The translations under genes and the position numbers were made by a program. DNA of 64,000 nucleotides, from assembly GCA_050943135.1 (NCBI GenBank), contig JBMNOP010000003.1, positions 166,191-230,190 on the forward strand, written 5' to 3'. Source of the DNA: Thermoguttaceae bacterium (GTDB taxonomy: Bacteria > Planctomycetota > Planctomycetia > Pirellulales > Thermoguttaceae). A model generated the notes under the pieces. That model was given only the letters and a program-made list of their open reading frames with translations. It had not been told where the DNA came from and made no database searches. This document shows positions 18,092 through 29,000 of the stretch, in pieces. Position 1 is the stretch's first letter. Every line of letters starts with the position of its first letter.

Positions 18092-20998
18092 ATGGCAAAG
18101 ATCAAAGCCCCCAAAAAACTGATTGAAGTGGCGTTGCCGCTCGACGAGATCAACGCCGAGGCCGCGCGCGAGAAATCGATCCGGCACGGGCACCCGTCGA
18201 CCCTCCACCTTTGGTGGGCACGCCGCCCGCTTGCCGCCGCCCGGGCCGTTCTTTTTGCGCAACTGGTCAACGACCCCGGGGGGACCCGGGGCTGGAAAGC
18301 GGGGCTGACCAAAGAAGACGCGAAAAAGAAACGCGACGAACTCTTCGAGATCATCCGCGACCTGGTCGTTTGGGAAAACGTGAATAACGAAGCGGTCCTC
18401 GATCGGGCCCGGGAAGCGATTCGCGAAAGTTGGCGCGAGACCTGCGCCCTGAACCAGGGCAGGCCGGGGTTCGACCCCGAAACCCTTCCCGCGTTCCATG
18501 ACCCGTTCGCCGGCGGCGGGGCGATCCCGCTCGAAGCGCAGCGGCTCGGCCTGGAAAGTCATGCCAGCGACCTGAACCCGGTTGCGGTCTTGATCAACAA
18601 GGCGATGATCGAAATCCCTCCCAGGTTTTTCGACTCGCCGCCGGTCGGGCCGGTGCCGCGGGGGGATACGGAAAAAGGGAAAGAGGCCTTTTCCGGAACC
18701 GCCGGGCTTGCCGAAGATGTCCGCCGTTACGGACTCTGGATCATGGAAGAGGCGAAAAAGCGGATCGGCGGCCTCTACCCCGACGTCGAAATCACCGAGA
18801 CGATGGCGAAAGGACGCCCCGACCTGGAACCGTACGTCGGTCAAAAGCTCACCGTGATCGCCTGGCTCTGGGCGAGGACGGTAAAAAGCCCGCACCCCGA
18901 CTTCGGTCATGTCGATGTGCCCCTTATTTCCAGTTTTGTGCTCTGTTCCAAAAAAGGGAAAGAGGTCTACCTGGAACCGGTGATCGAAGGCGATACGTAC
19001 CGGTTTGAGGTAAAAGTCGGGACACCGCCAAAAGGCGCGAAAAATGGAACAAAACTCGGTCGCGGCGCGAATTTCCGATGCCTGATGAGCGGTGTGCCGA
19101 TCGAACCGGGACACATCTACAGCGAGGCTCAATCAGGGAATATGGGTGAACGTCTCTTAGCCATTGTCGTGGAAGGTGACAAGCAACGGGTTTATCTTTC
19201 CCCATTACCCACTCATGAATTCAACAATCTAAACATTGAGCCGCCATGGAAGCCAAGGGTGGAAATGCCAAAAAATCCACGCTGGTTTTCACCGCCGGGT
19301 TACGGTCTGAAAACTTACGGAGACCTCTTCACCCCGCGCCAACTTACGGCCCTCAACACCTTTTCCGACCTGGTCCAAGAAGTCAGGGAAAAGACGATCG
19401 AGGATGCCAAGCATGCCGGAATGCCCGACGACGGAATCCGACTTGCCGAAGGAGGACGCGGCGCCACCGCCTACGGCGATGCCATTGCCGTTTACTTGGC
19501 GTTCGTGATCGACAAGCTCACGGATTATGGTTCGACAATATGTAGCTGGCATTCAAGTCGTGAAATAATCAGAAATACATTTGGTCGACAGGCGATCCCC
19601 ATGACGTGGGACTATGCCGAGGGGAACTTTTATTCCGACTCAACCGGGAGCTTTACAAGTATGCTTGACTGGGTTGTAAAGACCATAGCGCTACTCCCGG
19701 CAAAGCCCCCCTCTTATGCTCATCAAGCCGACGCGCAGACACAGGCGATCTCCCAGGAAAAGATCGTCTCCACCGATCCGCCCTACTACGACAACATCGG
19801 CTACGCCGACCTTTCCGACTTTTTCTATATTTGGCTGCGCTGCAACTTAAAAGGAGTCTATCCCGACCTCTTCGCCACGTTGGCCGCCCCGAAATCCGAG
19901 GAACTTGTTGCCACGCCGTATAGGCACGGGGGGAAAGAAAATGCCGAGAAGTTCTTCCTCGACGGGATGACGCTGGCGATGCAGAACCTGGCCCAACGGG
20001 CGCACCCGGCCTTTCCGGTAACGATTTACTACGCCTTTAAGGCGTCCGATACCAACGGCGACGGGACGAGCAACACCGGTTGGGCAACCTTTTTGGAGGC
20101 TATCCTCAAAGCCGGATTCTCCATCACCGGAACCTGGCCGCTTCGTACGGAACTTTCGAACCGAATGATCGGTATGGGGACCAACGCGCTGGCCTCTTCG
20201 ATCCTCTTGGTTTGCCGGAAGCGCGAACGCGCGCGCGAAGAGATCAGCCGCCGTGAATTCCTGACCGAACTCCGCGAAACGATGCCGACCGCTCTCCGCG
20301 AGATGATCGGCGAGGGGAGCGCCCGATCGATCGCTCCCGTCGACCTGGCCCAGGCGGCGATCGGACCGGGCATGGAAATCTTCTCGAAGTATCGCGCCGT
20401 CTTGAAGGCCGACGGGGCCGCGATGACGGTTCGCGAGGCGCTGATAGAAATCAATCGGAACATTTCCGACTACCTCGACCCGGAAGGGAGCGGGTTCGAC
20501 GCGCCGACCCTCTTTTGTAACGAATGGTTCAAACAAAACCGGTGGGAAGCGGGGGAATTCGGCGTTGCCGACACGCTGGCACGCGCCAAGGGGACGAGCG
20601 TCCCCTTCGTCAAAGAGGCGGGGATCATTCAGGCCGATCGCGGAAAGGTCAGGCTCCTCCCCTGGGAGGAATATCCCGACGATTACGACCCCTCGCGCGA
20701 TAAGAACCGCCCGATTTGGGAGTCGTGCCATCACCTGATCCGCGTCTTGCGCCGGCAGGGAGAGGTTGCCGCGGGGCGGCTCCTTGCGCAAATGCCCGAG
20801 ACGATCGACGGCATCCGGCAACTGGCCTACTTTCTCTACCTCCTTTGTGAACGGAAGGGGGACGCCGAAAACGCCCGATCTTACAACGAGCTGATCACCG
20901 GTTGGCACGGGGTGATGGCGGCGTTTATCAAAGCGTCGGAAGAACTGAAGCGTCCCGTGAAGCGGGAAGACCAAGAAACATTGAATTTCGGAGATTGA
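18092..20998 (+). CDS. DUF1156-family N6-adenine DNA methyltransferase (968 aa)
   Basis: ATG at 18092 lies 22 nt after the helicase stop. The hallmark N-terminus is [57 protein letters not shown] is motif I-like (AdoMet-binding) and [12 protein letters not shown] is motif IV (DPPY). Confidence 0.8.
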   Translation: MAKIKAPKKLIEVALPLDEINAEAAREKSIRHGHPSTLHLWWARRPLAAARAVLFAQLVNDPGGTRGWKAGLTKEDAKKKRDELFEIIRDLVVWENVNNEAVLDRAREAIRESWRETCALNQGRPGFDPETLPAFHDPFAGGGAIPLEAQRLGLESHASDLNPVAVLINKAMIEIPPRFFDSPPVGPVPRGDTEKGKEAFSGTAGLAEDVRRYGLWIMEEAKKRIGGLYPDVEITETMAKGRPDLEPYVGQKLTVIAWLWARTVKSPHPDFGHVDVPLISSFVLCSKKGKEVYLEPVIEGDTYRFEVKVGTPPKGAKNGTKLGRGANFRCLMSGVPIEPGHIYSEAQSGNMGERLLAIVVEGDKQRVYLSPLPTHEFNNLNIEPPWKPRVEMPKNPRWFSPPGYGLKTYGDLFTPRQLTALNTFSDLVQEVREKTIEDAKHAGMPDDGIRLAEGGRGATAYGDAIAVYLAFVIDKLTDYGSTICSWHSSREIIRNTFGRQAIPMTWDYAEGNFYSDSTGSFTSMLDWVVKTIALLPAKPPSYAHQADAQTQAISQEKIVSTDPPYYDNIGYADLSDFFYIWLRCNLKGVYPDLFATLAAPKSEELVATPYRHGGKENAEKFFLDGMTLAMQNLAQRAHPAFPVTIYYAFKASDTNGDGTSNTGWATFLEAILKAGFSITGTWPLRTELSNRMIGMGTNALASSILLVCRKRERAREEISRREFLTELRETMPTALREMIGEGSARSIAPVDLAQAAIGPGMEIFSKYRAVLKADGAAMTVREALIEINRNISDYLDPEGSGFDAPTLFCNEWFKQNRWEAGEFGVADTLARAKGTSVPFVKEAGIIQADRGKVRLLPWEEYPDDYDPSRDKNRPIWESCHHLIRVLRRQGEVAAGRLLAQMPETIDGIRQLAYFLYLLCERKGDAENARSYNELITGWHGVMAAFIKASEELKRPVKREDQETLNFGD

Positions 20999-21002
20999 TC
21001 GC

Positions 21003-23870
21003 ATGAAACCGTGGAGAGAGATTGCCCAGCCGCACCGGGACGTTCTCGAAGGGAGAATGAAACAGGCCGATTTCGCCGTCGACATTTCGGCGGTGGCCCG
21101 GGGAAACGCCTCGCCGGAATATCAGGACGCCAAAGAGTTCTTTTCGCGAACGTATATCACCGAGGGGTTGCGTCATCTGCTGATTTCGGTGGTCCGCCGC
21201 CTGAACCGTCTCGACGGAGATCCGGTGATCCAATTGCAGACCAATTTCGGCGGGGGAAAGACGCACACCCTTCTGGCGGTTTACCATCTGGCGACAAGCG
21301 GGATGCCGACCTCGGAACTCGAAGGGATCCCCGAAGTCCTCGACCAGGCGGGAATCGACACGCTCCCGAAGGCGAAAGTCGCGGTCATCGACGGGACCCG
21401 CCTTTCTCCGAACCAGCCGTCCAACGTCGGGAAACTCGAAATCCGGACGATCTGGGGAGAACTCGCTTACCAGTTGCTCGGGTCGGAAGGGTATCGACTC
21501 CTTGAGGCGAGCGACCGGTCGGGAACCGCCCCCGGGAAAGAGGTGGTGGCCGAAATTCTCCGACTGGCCGCCCCTTGCGTGATCCTGCTCGACGAGGCGG
21601 TCGCGTTCTTTCGTCAACTCAACCAACCGAACCTTACGGCCGGAAGTTATGAAGCGAACATCTCCTTCGTTCAGGTTCTCACCGAAAGCGTGAAAGCCGT
21701 CCCCGACGCGGTCCTTCTGGCCTCGATCCCCGAATCGGAATCGGAGGCCGGGGGATTGTTCGGTCGGACCGTCCTCAACACCCTCGAAAAGATTTTCGCG
21801 CGGCTCGAAAATGTCTGGAAACCGGTCGGCGCCGACGAATCGTTTGAAATCGTTCGCCGCCGTCTTTTTAAGAGCGCGGGAGCCCCTTCGGAAATCGACG
21901 CGGTCTGCCGCGAGTTTGAACATTATTACCGGCAGCATAAAGAATTGTTCCCCCCCGAAGTGCAGGAATCCCTCTATTTCGAACGGCTTCGGAGCGCGTA
22001 TCCGATTCATCCGGAATTTTTCGACCGGCTCTATTACGATTGGTCGACCCTCGATAATTTCCAGCGCACGCGCGGGATGTTGCAACAGATGGCGATGATC
22101 ATCCGGCACCTCTGGAACAGCGAGAGTCGCGGCGCGATGATCATGCCGGGTTCCCTTCCGCTCAACGACACGAACGTGCGGATCAAGAGTACGCAGTATC
22201 TCTCCCCCGGCTGGGATCAGGTGATCGAGTCGGAAATCGACGGGTCGAAGTCGAAACCGAAAAAGATCGACGGGACGGAAGCCCGGTTCGGATCGATTTC
22301 GGCAGCCGTTCGAACCACGCGAACGATCTTTCTCGGTACCGCCCCCTCGACCCCCGCCCAAGAGAACCGCGGGATCGATTTCGGTCGGATCCTGCTCGGT
22401 TGTGCCGAGCCGGGGCAGGAACCTTCGCTCTACTGGGATGTCTTAAAAAGGTTGCACGATACGCTCCATTACCTCTACGTCGACAAAAAGCGTTATTGGT
22501 TCGATACGCGGCCGAACCTGCGCCGGGAAATGGAATCCCGAAAAACGAAATTTGCCGCCGATTTTAAGCGGCTGCGCGAGACGATCCACGATCTCCTGCG
22601 GGAGTTGATCGGAAGCCAATCCGATTTCGCAGGCGTTCATCTTTTCGCCCCGAACGAGGATATCCCGGACACGATCGACCGGGGACTCCGTTTGGTCTTC
22701 ACGGAACCGGAAAGAAAAAACGCCTATTCCGCCGAAAACCGCGACAACACCTACGCGCGGATCCTCGACATTTTGGAATATCGCGGAACGACCCCGCGGA
22801 TCCGTCGGAACCGCCTCGTCTTCGTGGTTCCCGACATGCCCGGCATCGACAACCTGAACGACCAGTGCGCCACCTACCTGGCCTGGAACGAAATCGTCGA
22901 GGACGGGAGTACCGGCCGTCTGAACATGGACACCCAGCGTCTGAACCTGGCAAAGGAGCAAAGGAAGACCGCCGCCGAGATCTTTCGTCGCGCCGTTCCG
23001 GAATGTTACCATTCTCTCTTGGTTCCTTTCCAAGATCCCGGCCGAAAAGTCGATTTCGATTACCATCGTCTTTCCTACGGCACCGAAAAGATGACCCGGG
23101 TGATTTGGAATTCGTTGAAAGAAAACGAGTTGGTCATCGACCGATGGTCGGAAATCCATCTTAAAAACATCCTGGAAAAGAGTTACCTGAAAGAGGGCGT
23201 GTCCGACGTTTCCGTCAAGCGGGTCTGGGAAGATACCTGCAACTACCTCTCGATGCCCCGCCTGAACGACGAGTCGGTTTTTTGCGAAGCGGTCGCCGAA
23301 GGTGTTGCGAAGGGGCTTTTCGGTTACGCGTCGGGAAAAGAGGGGGAAACGTATATCGGTTTTGAATTCCGTAGGAATCCGAGCCGAATCCTCCTCGACG
23401 GAGACTCGCTCCTGATCGGGCAAGAGGCGGCCGAGGATTATCAAAAAGGACTCGACGCGGCGGCAAGCCGGGCCGTTTCGGACCCGGACCGGAGCGCTTG
23501 GGGCGGTACCGAAGAAACCACCTCTCCGGCGTCGCTCTCCCCTTCCCTTTCGGCGGGCGGCTCGGGGTCGGAATCGCAGGAGCTTCCCGACACGTCGGAA
23601 AGTTCCGCGGAAGGTGAAAATCTTTTCTTCGTCTCGATTGAACTGGACCCCGAAAAATCGGGACTCGGGGTCGATATCAGTGACATCATCGAAGCGACCG
23701 CGTCGGTATTCGTTGGAAAGCCGGGGGTGAACGTGAAGATCAGACTCGATATCGAGGCCGAGGCGAAGACCGCGTTCGACGCCGGAACGGTGAGGGCGGT
23801 TAAGGAAAATTGCCGGCAACTCGCTTCCGACAAAAACCTCGAGATCCAACCGAATTTCGACACCAAATGA
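21003..23870 (+). CDS. DUF499-family P-loop ATPase (955 aa)
   Basis: ATG lies 4 nt after the methyltransferase stop. P-loop-like [18 protein letters not shown] and Walker-B-like [12 protein letters not shown] are present. The protein is large, with an acidic Ser/Gly-rich linker near the C-terminus. Confidence 0.75.
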   Translation: MKPWREIAQPHRDVLEGRMKQADFAVDISAVARGNASPEYQDAKEFFSRTYITEGLRHLLISVVRRLNRLDGDPVIQLQTNFGGGKTHTLLAVYHLATSGMPTSELEGIPEVLDQAGIDTLPKAKVAVIDGTRLSPNQPSNVGKLEIRTIWGELAYQLLGSEGYRLLEASDRSGTAPGKEVVAEILRLAAPCVILLDEAVAFFRQLNQPNLTAGSYEANISFVQVLTESVKAVPDAVLLASIPESESEAGGLFGRTVLNTLEKIFARLENVWKPVGADESFEIVRRRLFKSAGAPSEIDAVCREFEHYYRQHKELFPPEVQESLYFERLRSAYPIHPEFFDRLYYDWSTLDNFQRTRGMLQQMAMIIRHLWNSESRGAMIMPGSLPLNDTNVRIKSTQYLSPGWDQVIESEIDGSKSKPKKIDGTEARFGSISAAVRTTRTIFLGTAPSTPAQENRGIDFGRILLGCAEPGQEPSLYWDVLKRLHDTLHYLYVDKKRYWFDTRPNLRREMESRKTKFAADFKRLRETIHDLLRELIGSQSDFAGVHLFAPNEDIPDTIDRGLRLVFTEPERKNAYSAENRDNTYARILDILEYRGTTPRIRRNRLVFVVPDMPGIDNLNDQCATYLAWNEIVEDGSTGRLNMDTQRLNLAKEQRKTAAEIFRRAVPECYHSLLVPFQDPGRKVDFDYHRLSYGTEKMTRVIWNSLKENELVIDRWSEIHLKNILEKSYLKEGVSDVSVKRVWEDTCNYLSMPRLNDESVFCEAVAEGVAKGLFGYASGKEGETYIGFEFRRNPSRILLDGDSLLIGQEAAEDYQKGLDAAASRAVSDPDRSAWGGTEETTSPASLSPSLSAGGSGSESQELPDTSESSAEGENLFFVSIELDPEKSGLGVDISDIIEATASVFVGKPGVNVKIRLDIEAEAKTAFDAGTVRAVKENCRQLASDKNLEIQPNFDTK

Positions 23871-24007
23871 GTTTTTTTACCCCTTTCTGCTCTCAGGGAA
23901 ACGGTAAAAGGGTCTCTTCCGGAAATCTTCCCTTCTTTTTTCCAAATAGCCCGCTTGTTAAGCTTTCTTTTTTCGAAAAACCTGTTATATTAAAAGCAGA
24001 GTGAAAT

Positions 24008-24027
24008 GGGAGCGCTCCGGCGCTCCC
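24008..24027. terminator. Perfect palindromic hairpin GGGAGCGC-TCCG-GCGCTCCC downstream of the three-gene cassette
   Basis: The 8-bp stem and 4-nt loop were read directly. A T-rich stretch lies about 60 nt upstream rather than after it. Confidence 0.35.
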
Positions 24028-24102
24028 CGTTCGCTCCGAAAATGTTGGCTGTATCTGTCGGCCGGGTTTTGAATTTCACAACCGTAAGAAGGGAGACAGG
24101 GT

Positions 24103-24432
24103 ATGGGTGAAACAACGTTTGAAATCGTCAGGAACTATGGTGGCATGGACCAGCTCGAGAAGCTGAACGATCGTGCCCTGGAACTGAAAGCGCTCCTCAA
24201 GAAGGAGTTTTTGGGAAGGTTCTATCCCAAGTCCCAGCCGGTCGGCGACGAAATGCTCCGCCATATCCTGGTCCGTCAACTCTATCTGGCTTGGGCGCGT
24301 ACGGTCGTCGAACGCGAACCCAAAATCAAAGAGACGGTCGAAGAGCTCGACTACGCCGAAAAACAGATTTCGGCCTGGCGGCTCGGGATCATCCGAGTAC
24401 CGCTTTCGGTGCTCCTTCTTGAAAATCTCTGA
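24103..24432 (+). CDS. Small hypothetical protein (109 aa), no recognizable family
   Basis: A strong SD (AAGAAGGGAGACAGGGT) precedes the ATG. It is predicted helical with no signal peptide. It is convergent with tatD. Confidence 0.45.
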   Translation: MGETTFEIVRNYGGMDQLEKLNDRALELKALLKKEFLGRFYPKSQPVGDEMLRHILVRQLYLAWARTVVEREPKIKETVEELDYAEKQISAWRLGIIRVPLSVLLLENL

Positions 24433-24503
24433 AACCACCTTCCCGCCGCATCCGTACGTGCGGCGGGAATCCGAAACGATTTTTGTGTGGGGTGTTGGGG
24501 AAA

Positions 24504-25436
24504 TTAGGGGAGTCGAAAGAGTCGGCGCGCGTTTTCGGTTGTCTGCGCGACGATTTGCGAGATGTTTGTCTCGCGCAGTTCCGCCAGCCTGCGAGCGGTC
24601 CAGGCCGACATGATCGGCTCGTTCCGCTCGAGTTTTCCGCGGAACGGATGGGGGATCAGGAAAGGGGAATCGGTCTCTAAAAGGATCCTGTCTTGCGGCA
24701 CGATCTTTGCCGCCTCGCCGATCGGCGCGAACTTGTTGCCGGTAAAGGTAACGTTCCCGGTAAACCCGAGGTAGAAACCGAGTTCGAGGAGTTCCGATGC
24801 CGTCGAGGGACCGCCGCTATACGAGTGGACCACCCCTTGAAGCGGCGGAAGGGCGAGGAGCTTTTCGACCTGCGGTTCGGCGAGCGGGCCGAACCCCGGC
24901 CCGTCGCTCGGCGCTTCCCCCGCTTCCCACGCTCGGAACGCCGTCATGCAGCGCACCAATTCCTTTTCGGCGTCACGACAATGAATGATGATCGGCAGCC
25001 CCTGCTCTTTCGCCAAGAGGGAATGCCGCAAAAGATATTCGAATTGAAGTTCGAGCGGAGAAGCGTTCCAATAGAGGTCGAGCCCCGTCTCGCCGATCGC
25101 CACGGTGGCGGGTCGACGGGCCAGGGCAACGATCGACGGCCAGTCGCCCGAAGTCATTTCGGTCAGGTGGTTCGGGTGGATTCCCGCCCCGGCATAAAGG
25201 TCGGGGTAAGACGCCGCAAGCGTCGCCGCCGCGGCGCTCGAGGTCGCGGTGATTCCCGGTAAAACCATTCCCCGAACGACAAACCGGATCGGGCCCGACT
25301 CGATCGTTTTCCCCCTGATATCCGGAAACACCCCTTCCCGCGCCCGGTCGAGAACGTTCTGCCGGTCTTTGTCGAATTTTTCAAGGTCAAGGTGTGCGTG
25401 GGTGTCGATGATTTCCAGCGGTTTGTCGTCGTGCAT
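24504..25436 (-). CDS. tatD: TatD-family metal-dependent hydrolase/DNase
   Basis: IDTHAHLD at the N-terminus, GETGLDLYW, HCRDA, and C-terminal LLETDSPFL are the TatD signature blocks. At 310 aa it is longer than typical because of an Ala/Gly-rich insertion. Confidence 0.8.
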   Translation of the reverse strand: MHDDKPLEIIDTHAHLDLEKFDKDRQNVLDRAREGVFPDIRGKTIESGPIRFVVRGMVLPGITATSSAAAATLAASYPDLYAGAGIHPNHLTEMTSGDWPSIVALARRPATVAIGETGLDLYWNASPLELQFEYLLRHSLLAKEQGLPIIIHCRDAEKELVRCMTAFRAWEAGEAPSDGPGFGPLAEPQVEKLLALPPLQGVVHSYSGGPSTASELLELGFYLGFTGNVTFTGNKFAPIGEAAKIVPQDRILLETDSPFLIPHPFRGKLERNEPIMSAWTARRLAELRETNISQIVAQTTENARRLFRLP

Positions 25437-25578
25437 GGTTTCTCGGAAAGGTTTCGTTTAAAAGAGCCATTTTAAGGGAAAAAGTCGTTTTTGGCAAGAA
25501 TTCGTTCCAAAACCGGGGAATCTTATCTAAAAAACAGAAAAAAAGCTTGATTTTTTTTATTTTATCTATATTTTTTAT

Positions 25579-25606
25579 TTGACATCGTAGAAGCATGGGC
25601 TATATT
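25579..25606 (+). promoter_or_regulatory. Sigma70-like promoter (TTGACA-N16-TATATT) within a 300-nt AT-rich island upstream of csrA
   Basis: Read directly. The surrounding 25437-25700 is the most AT-rich stretch in the window. Confidence 0.4.
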
Positions 25607-25741
25607 ATTAAACTAGATACTATGGCTAAAATATGTAATTTGGCTAGAATGTTGCCGTTTGCCATAGATTGCAATTAGGATATCGCGTGCCCGTCGGTAG
25701 GAGAGGCACGGCCATGAAGCGTTTTGAGGAAGGATGTCGCC

Positions 25742-26008
25742 ATGTTGGTACTTTCCAGAAAAAAGAACGAGAGTATTGTCATCAACGACAATATCACCGT
25801 CGTCGTCATTGAGGTGCGCGGCGACAAGGTGAGACTTGGAATCGAAGCACCGAAAGATGTTCCGGTACACCGTAAAGAGATCTACAACGCGATCCAGCTT
25901 GGCGAAAAGCGGGGCGAATTCAAGGCGGTCCGGACCCCCGAACCCGCTTCCGGTTTTTCCGAAGTCGCCGCAGAGGTCGAAAAGACCCTGACCCCCAATC
26001 TCGGCTGA
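25742..26008 (+). CDS. csrA: Carbon storage regulator CsrA with C-terminal extension
   Basis: [48 protein letters not shown] matches the CsrA consensus almost residue-for-residue. SD GAGGAAGGA sits 8 nt upstream. There is a C-terminal tail of about 35 aa beyond the canonical domain. Confidence 0.85.
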   Translation: MLVLSRKKNESIVINDNITVVVIEVRGDKVRLGIEAPKDVPVHRKEIYNAIQLGEKRGEFKAVRTPEPASGFSEVAAEVEKTLTPNLG

Positions 26009-26077
26009 AACGCGACAAAGGCTCCCGCGGGTGCGAGAGCCTTTGCCGAGGTTCAGGAGAGGTTAGGAAGGTTTCGA

Positions 26078-29000
26078 TTAGAAGGTGTAGCTCATCGCGA
26101 CCGTGCCGACATGGGCGGTCGATTGTTCGGAGGCGACGAAGTCGTAGTTGCCGCTCAAAGCCCATCGGTAGTCGCAGTCCAGGTAACCGAGCGCTCCGAT
26201 CCCGGCGTCGAGGTAGTCTTTTCCAAGGTCAACGCCGTAGATGGTCATTGAGGTGCCGGTTGCGTCCCCGGCAAAGTAAGCCGTCATCTCGGGGAACGAA
26301 TCCCCGGCAATCTGGCGGGCATACAGGAATTTGCTTGTCAATCGCACGAATTGCGTGTTCTTTTCGGTTTCAAATCCCGCGCGAACAAAGGTTCTGTTCC
26401 AATCGGTCTTGTTGTAGTTGAGCGCGATCGCGTTGCCGTATTCCCCGGCTTCTTCGAGCCAGACCTGTTGTGTGTCAAATTGAACCAGCGGTCGGAAGAC
26501 ACACCAGTTATACATCTGCATGTCGCGGGCGATTTTCACGGCGGCGGCCAAACTTTGCCCGTTGTTGGAAGAACGATACCAATTCCCGGCGCCGAGTCGG
26601 TCGGCAATCTCCAAGTCGGGATCGATCCCTCCCATCCGGACATTCCGTTTGCTGTTCATGTGTTGCAAACCGAATCCGACGTAACCGGTCAGCGAGACCC
26701 CGTTCCAATAGTCGCGGCGACCGTAGAGGCCGAGATTGAAATTGCTTTGGTCGATGTGCTGGCTGACATCTTCCCAGGAACTGTACAGGTAGGGTTGCGA
26801 ATAATCGAAGGCGAGCCCGAGAACGGCGTCGGGAGCGTTGAGCGCATCGTAGCCGAGCGAGATTCCGGTGTTCGTGATCCCGTATTTGTCGCAGTTGTCA
26901 TCGTCACGGGCATTGAACGACATGGTGTGCGCGGCGGCCCACACCGAGTTCGGCGCCATGGCATTGTAACCGAACACCGAACCGATCGGGTACCCATCGT
27001 CGACATAGACCATGCCGTCGTCATAATATTCGCCACCGGAGTATTCCATCTGGCCACGGAAGACCGAGCCGCAAGTGGTACATTCCGGAGTGTAGGCACG
27101 GTGGGTCTGCCAGCCGAGTTGGTCGAAAGAATAACGCCACGGATCGGTCATCGCGAGCATCAGGGCGTTGGCACGGTTCGCCCCTGAAAGGGCGTCGAGC
27201 ACCCGACCGACCGTCCGGGGATCGGTGCCGCTCTCCAGGTCCATCACCCTGGTGATGAAGTCGCCCAGTTCGTCGGAAATACTCTCGGGATTCCGAAGGA
27301 GGGTGTCGATGCCGTTGGCCACACTCCGCTGGTTGACCGTTTCGGCGAAGTCGGAAAATCCTTTGTTGGTGATACCGAGCAGATAACTCGTTTTATCGTC
27401 GGAAACACGCCCTTGCCGAGTCGTGAAAAGGGTGTTGTTCGAGGCGCCGCCCGAAACGGTGATCGCGTCGATGTCGTAGATCGATTGGTCGTTCGAAGTT
27501 TTAATCAGCGTGATCTCGCGCTTGCCGGGCGTGTAACTCTTGTAGGTGTCTTCGATTTCGATATTGCCGTGAATTTCGGCCGCGGCACTCGTGCCGCCGG
27601 CGGGAAGGAGCGTGATGAGCGGCGTCTCGCCCTCGGCACCGTCGATGTCAAAGACGATGGTCGAATAGGAGTCGGTCGCACCCATCTTCAGCGTTTTTCC
27701 GGCGGCAACATCGAGCGGGTTGTCGGCGTCGACCACAAGGGTTGCGCCGGAGGCAAAGGTCGTATCGCTGCCGAAAAGGTTTGTTCCCGTTCCGTTGTAT
27801 TCGTAGGAGGCGCCGCTCTTGAAGTTGACCCGGTCGGCCGAAAGTGCCGCGGCGGTCAGGTTGCCGTTGTTTTTGACGGCGGTGTTTCCAAAGCTTAGCT
27901 CGTGACCTCCACCCTGAAATCCGCCGGTTCCGTTAATGATCAAGGTGGTCGGATGCTCGGACGAACCTTTGGCAAATTCGGTCGTGCCGTCGAGTGCAAT
28001 CATTCCGTTCACCGCCACGGTCGGATGAATCGTCGATTCCTCCTCTTGCGAATCGCTGCCGGTATAGGTTCCGCTCATCGTTCCATCGGTCAGCGTCAGC
28101 GTGTTGAACGTGTAGGTGCCGGCATTGGCGAGCCGACCGCCGTCGAGGGTAACCTCGTCGGCCGTAAAGGTGCCGCCGGTCGCGTTGGTTACGGTAAGAT
28201 CGCCGGCGACCGTCATCGATTTGGTGGTCACTTTGCCGGTATTCGTGAACTCGACCTCGGAATCGGAGTCAATGTCAAAGTCGCCGGCAACATTGATCGT
28301 CCCCTTGTTACTCATGGCCAGGGCGGAATGTCCCGAAACCTCCCGGTTCCGGTCGACCCCGTAAAGCCGGAGATCTCCGTCGGCGTCGATGGTTCCGACC
28401 GATTCGTTGTTGAACCCGACCACCCCTTCGACTTCATCGCCGAAGGTGTCTGTGTACGAGGAAGCGCCGGTAAAGAGGATTCCACTCCCCTGTTTGTCGT
28501 CGAGGTTGATTTTCCCGTAGTTTTTGAGGGTGTCGTCAAGCCGGAGATCATAAAGACCGCCCGCCGAACGGGTTCCGTCGGCATGGAATTTGCTGTCAAG
28601 ACCGCTGACATTCAAAACGGAAACCGCGGTTTTATCGCTCGAGGTGCCGAGGGTCAGGGCTCCGCCGGTCGCGGTGCCGAAAGAGTCGCTGAACCGTTTC
28701 ACCCAAAGGCCGCCGACGGTTGACGCGGCGCTCCGAACGGTCAGGTCACTTCCCGTGGTGGAATTGTCGTTGTAGACCGAGGTCAAGCCGTCGACCTGAA
28801 CCGTGCCGACCGCGCCCCAAACCGCTTCGGAGGAACCCGAGGAAATGTCGAGGTTGCCGCCAACCTTAACGGTACCGAAAACAGACAACGCCGAGGAACC
28901 GAGCAGGGCGTCCCCTGAAACATGAAGGGTACCATGGCCATAGGTGCTGTCGGAATCGATATAGTCCGAGACAATGAACGCGTCGCTCCCGCTCGCACCG

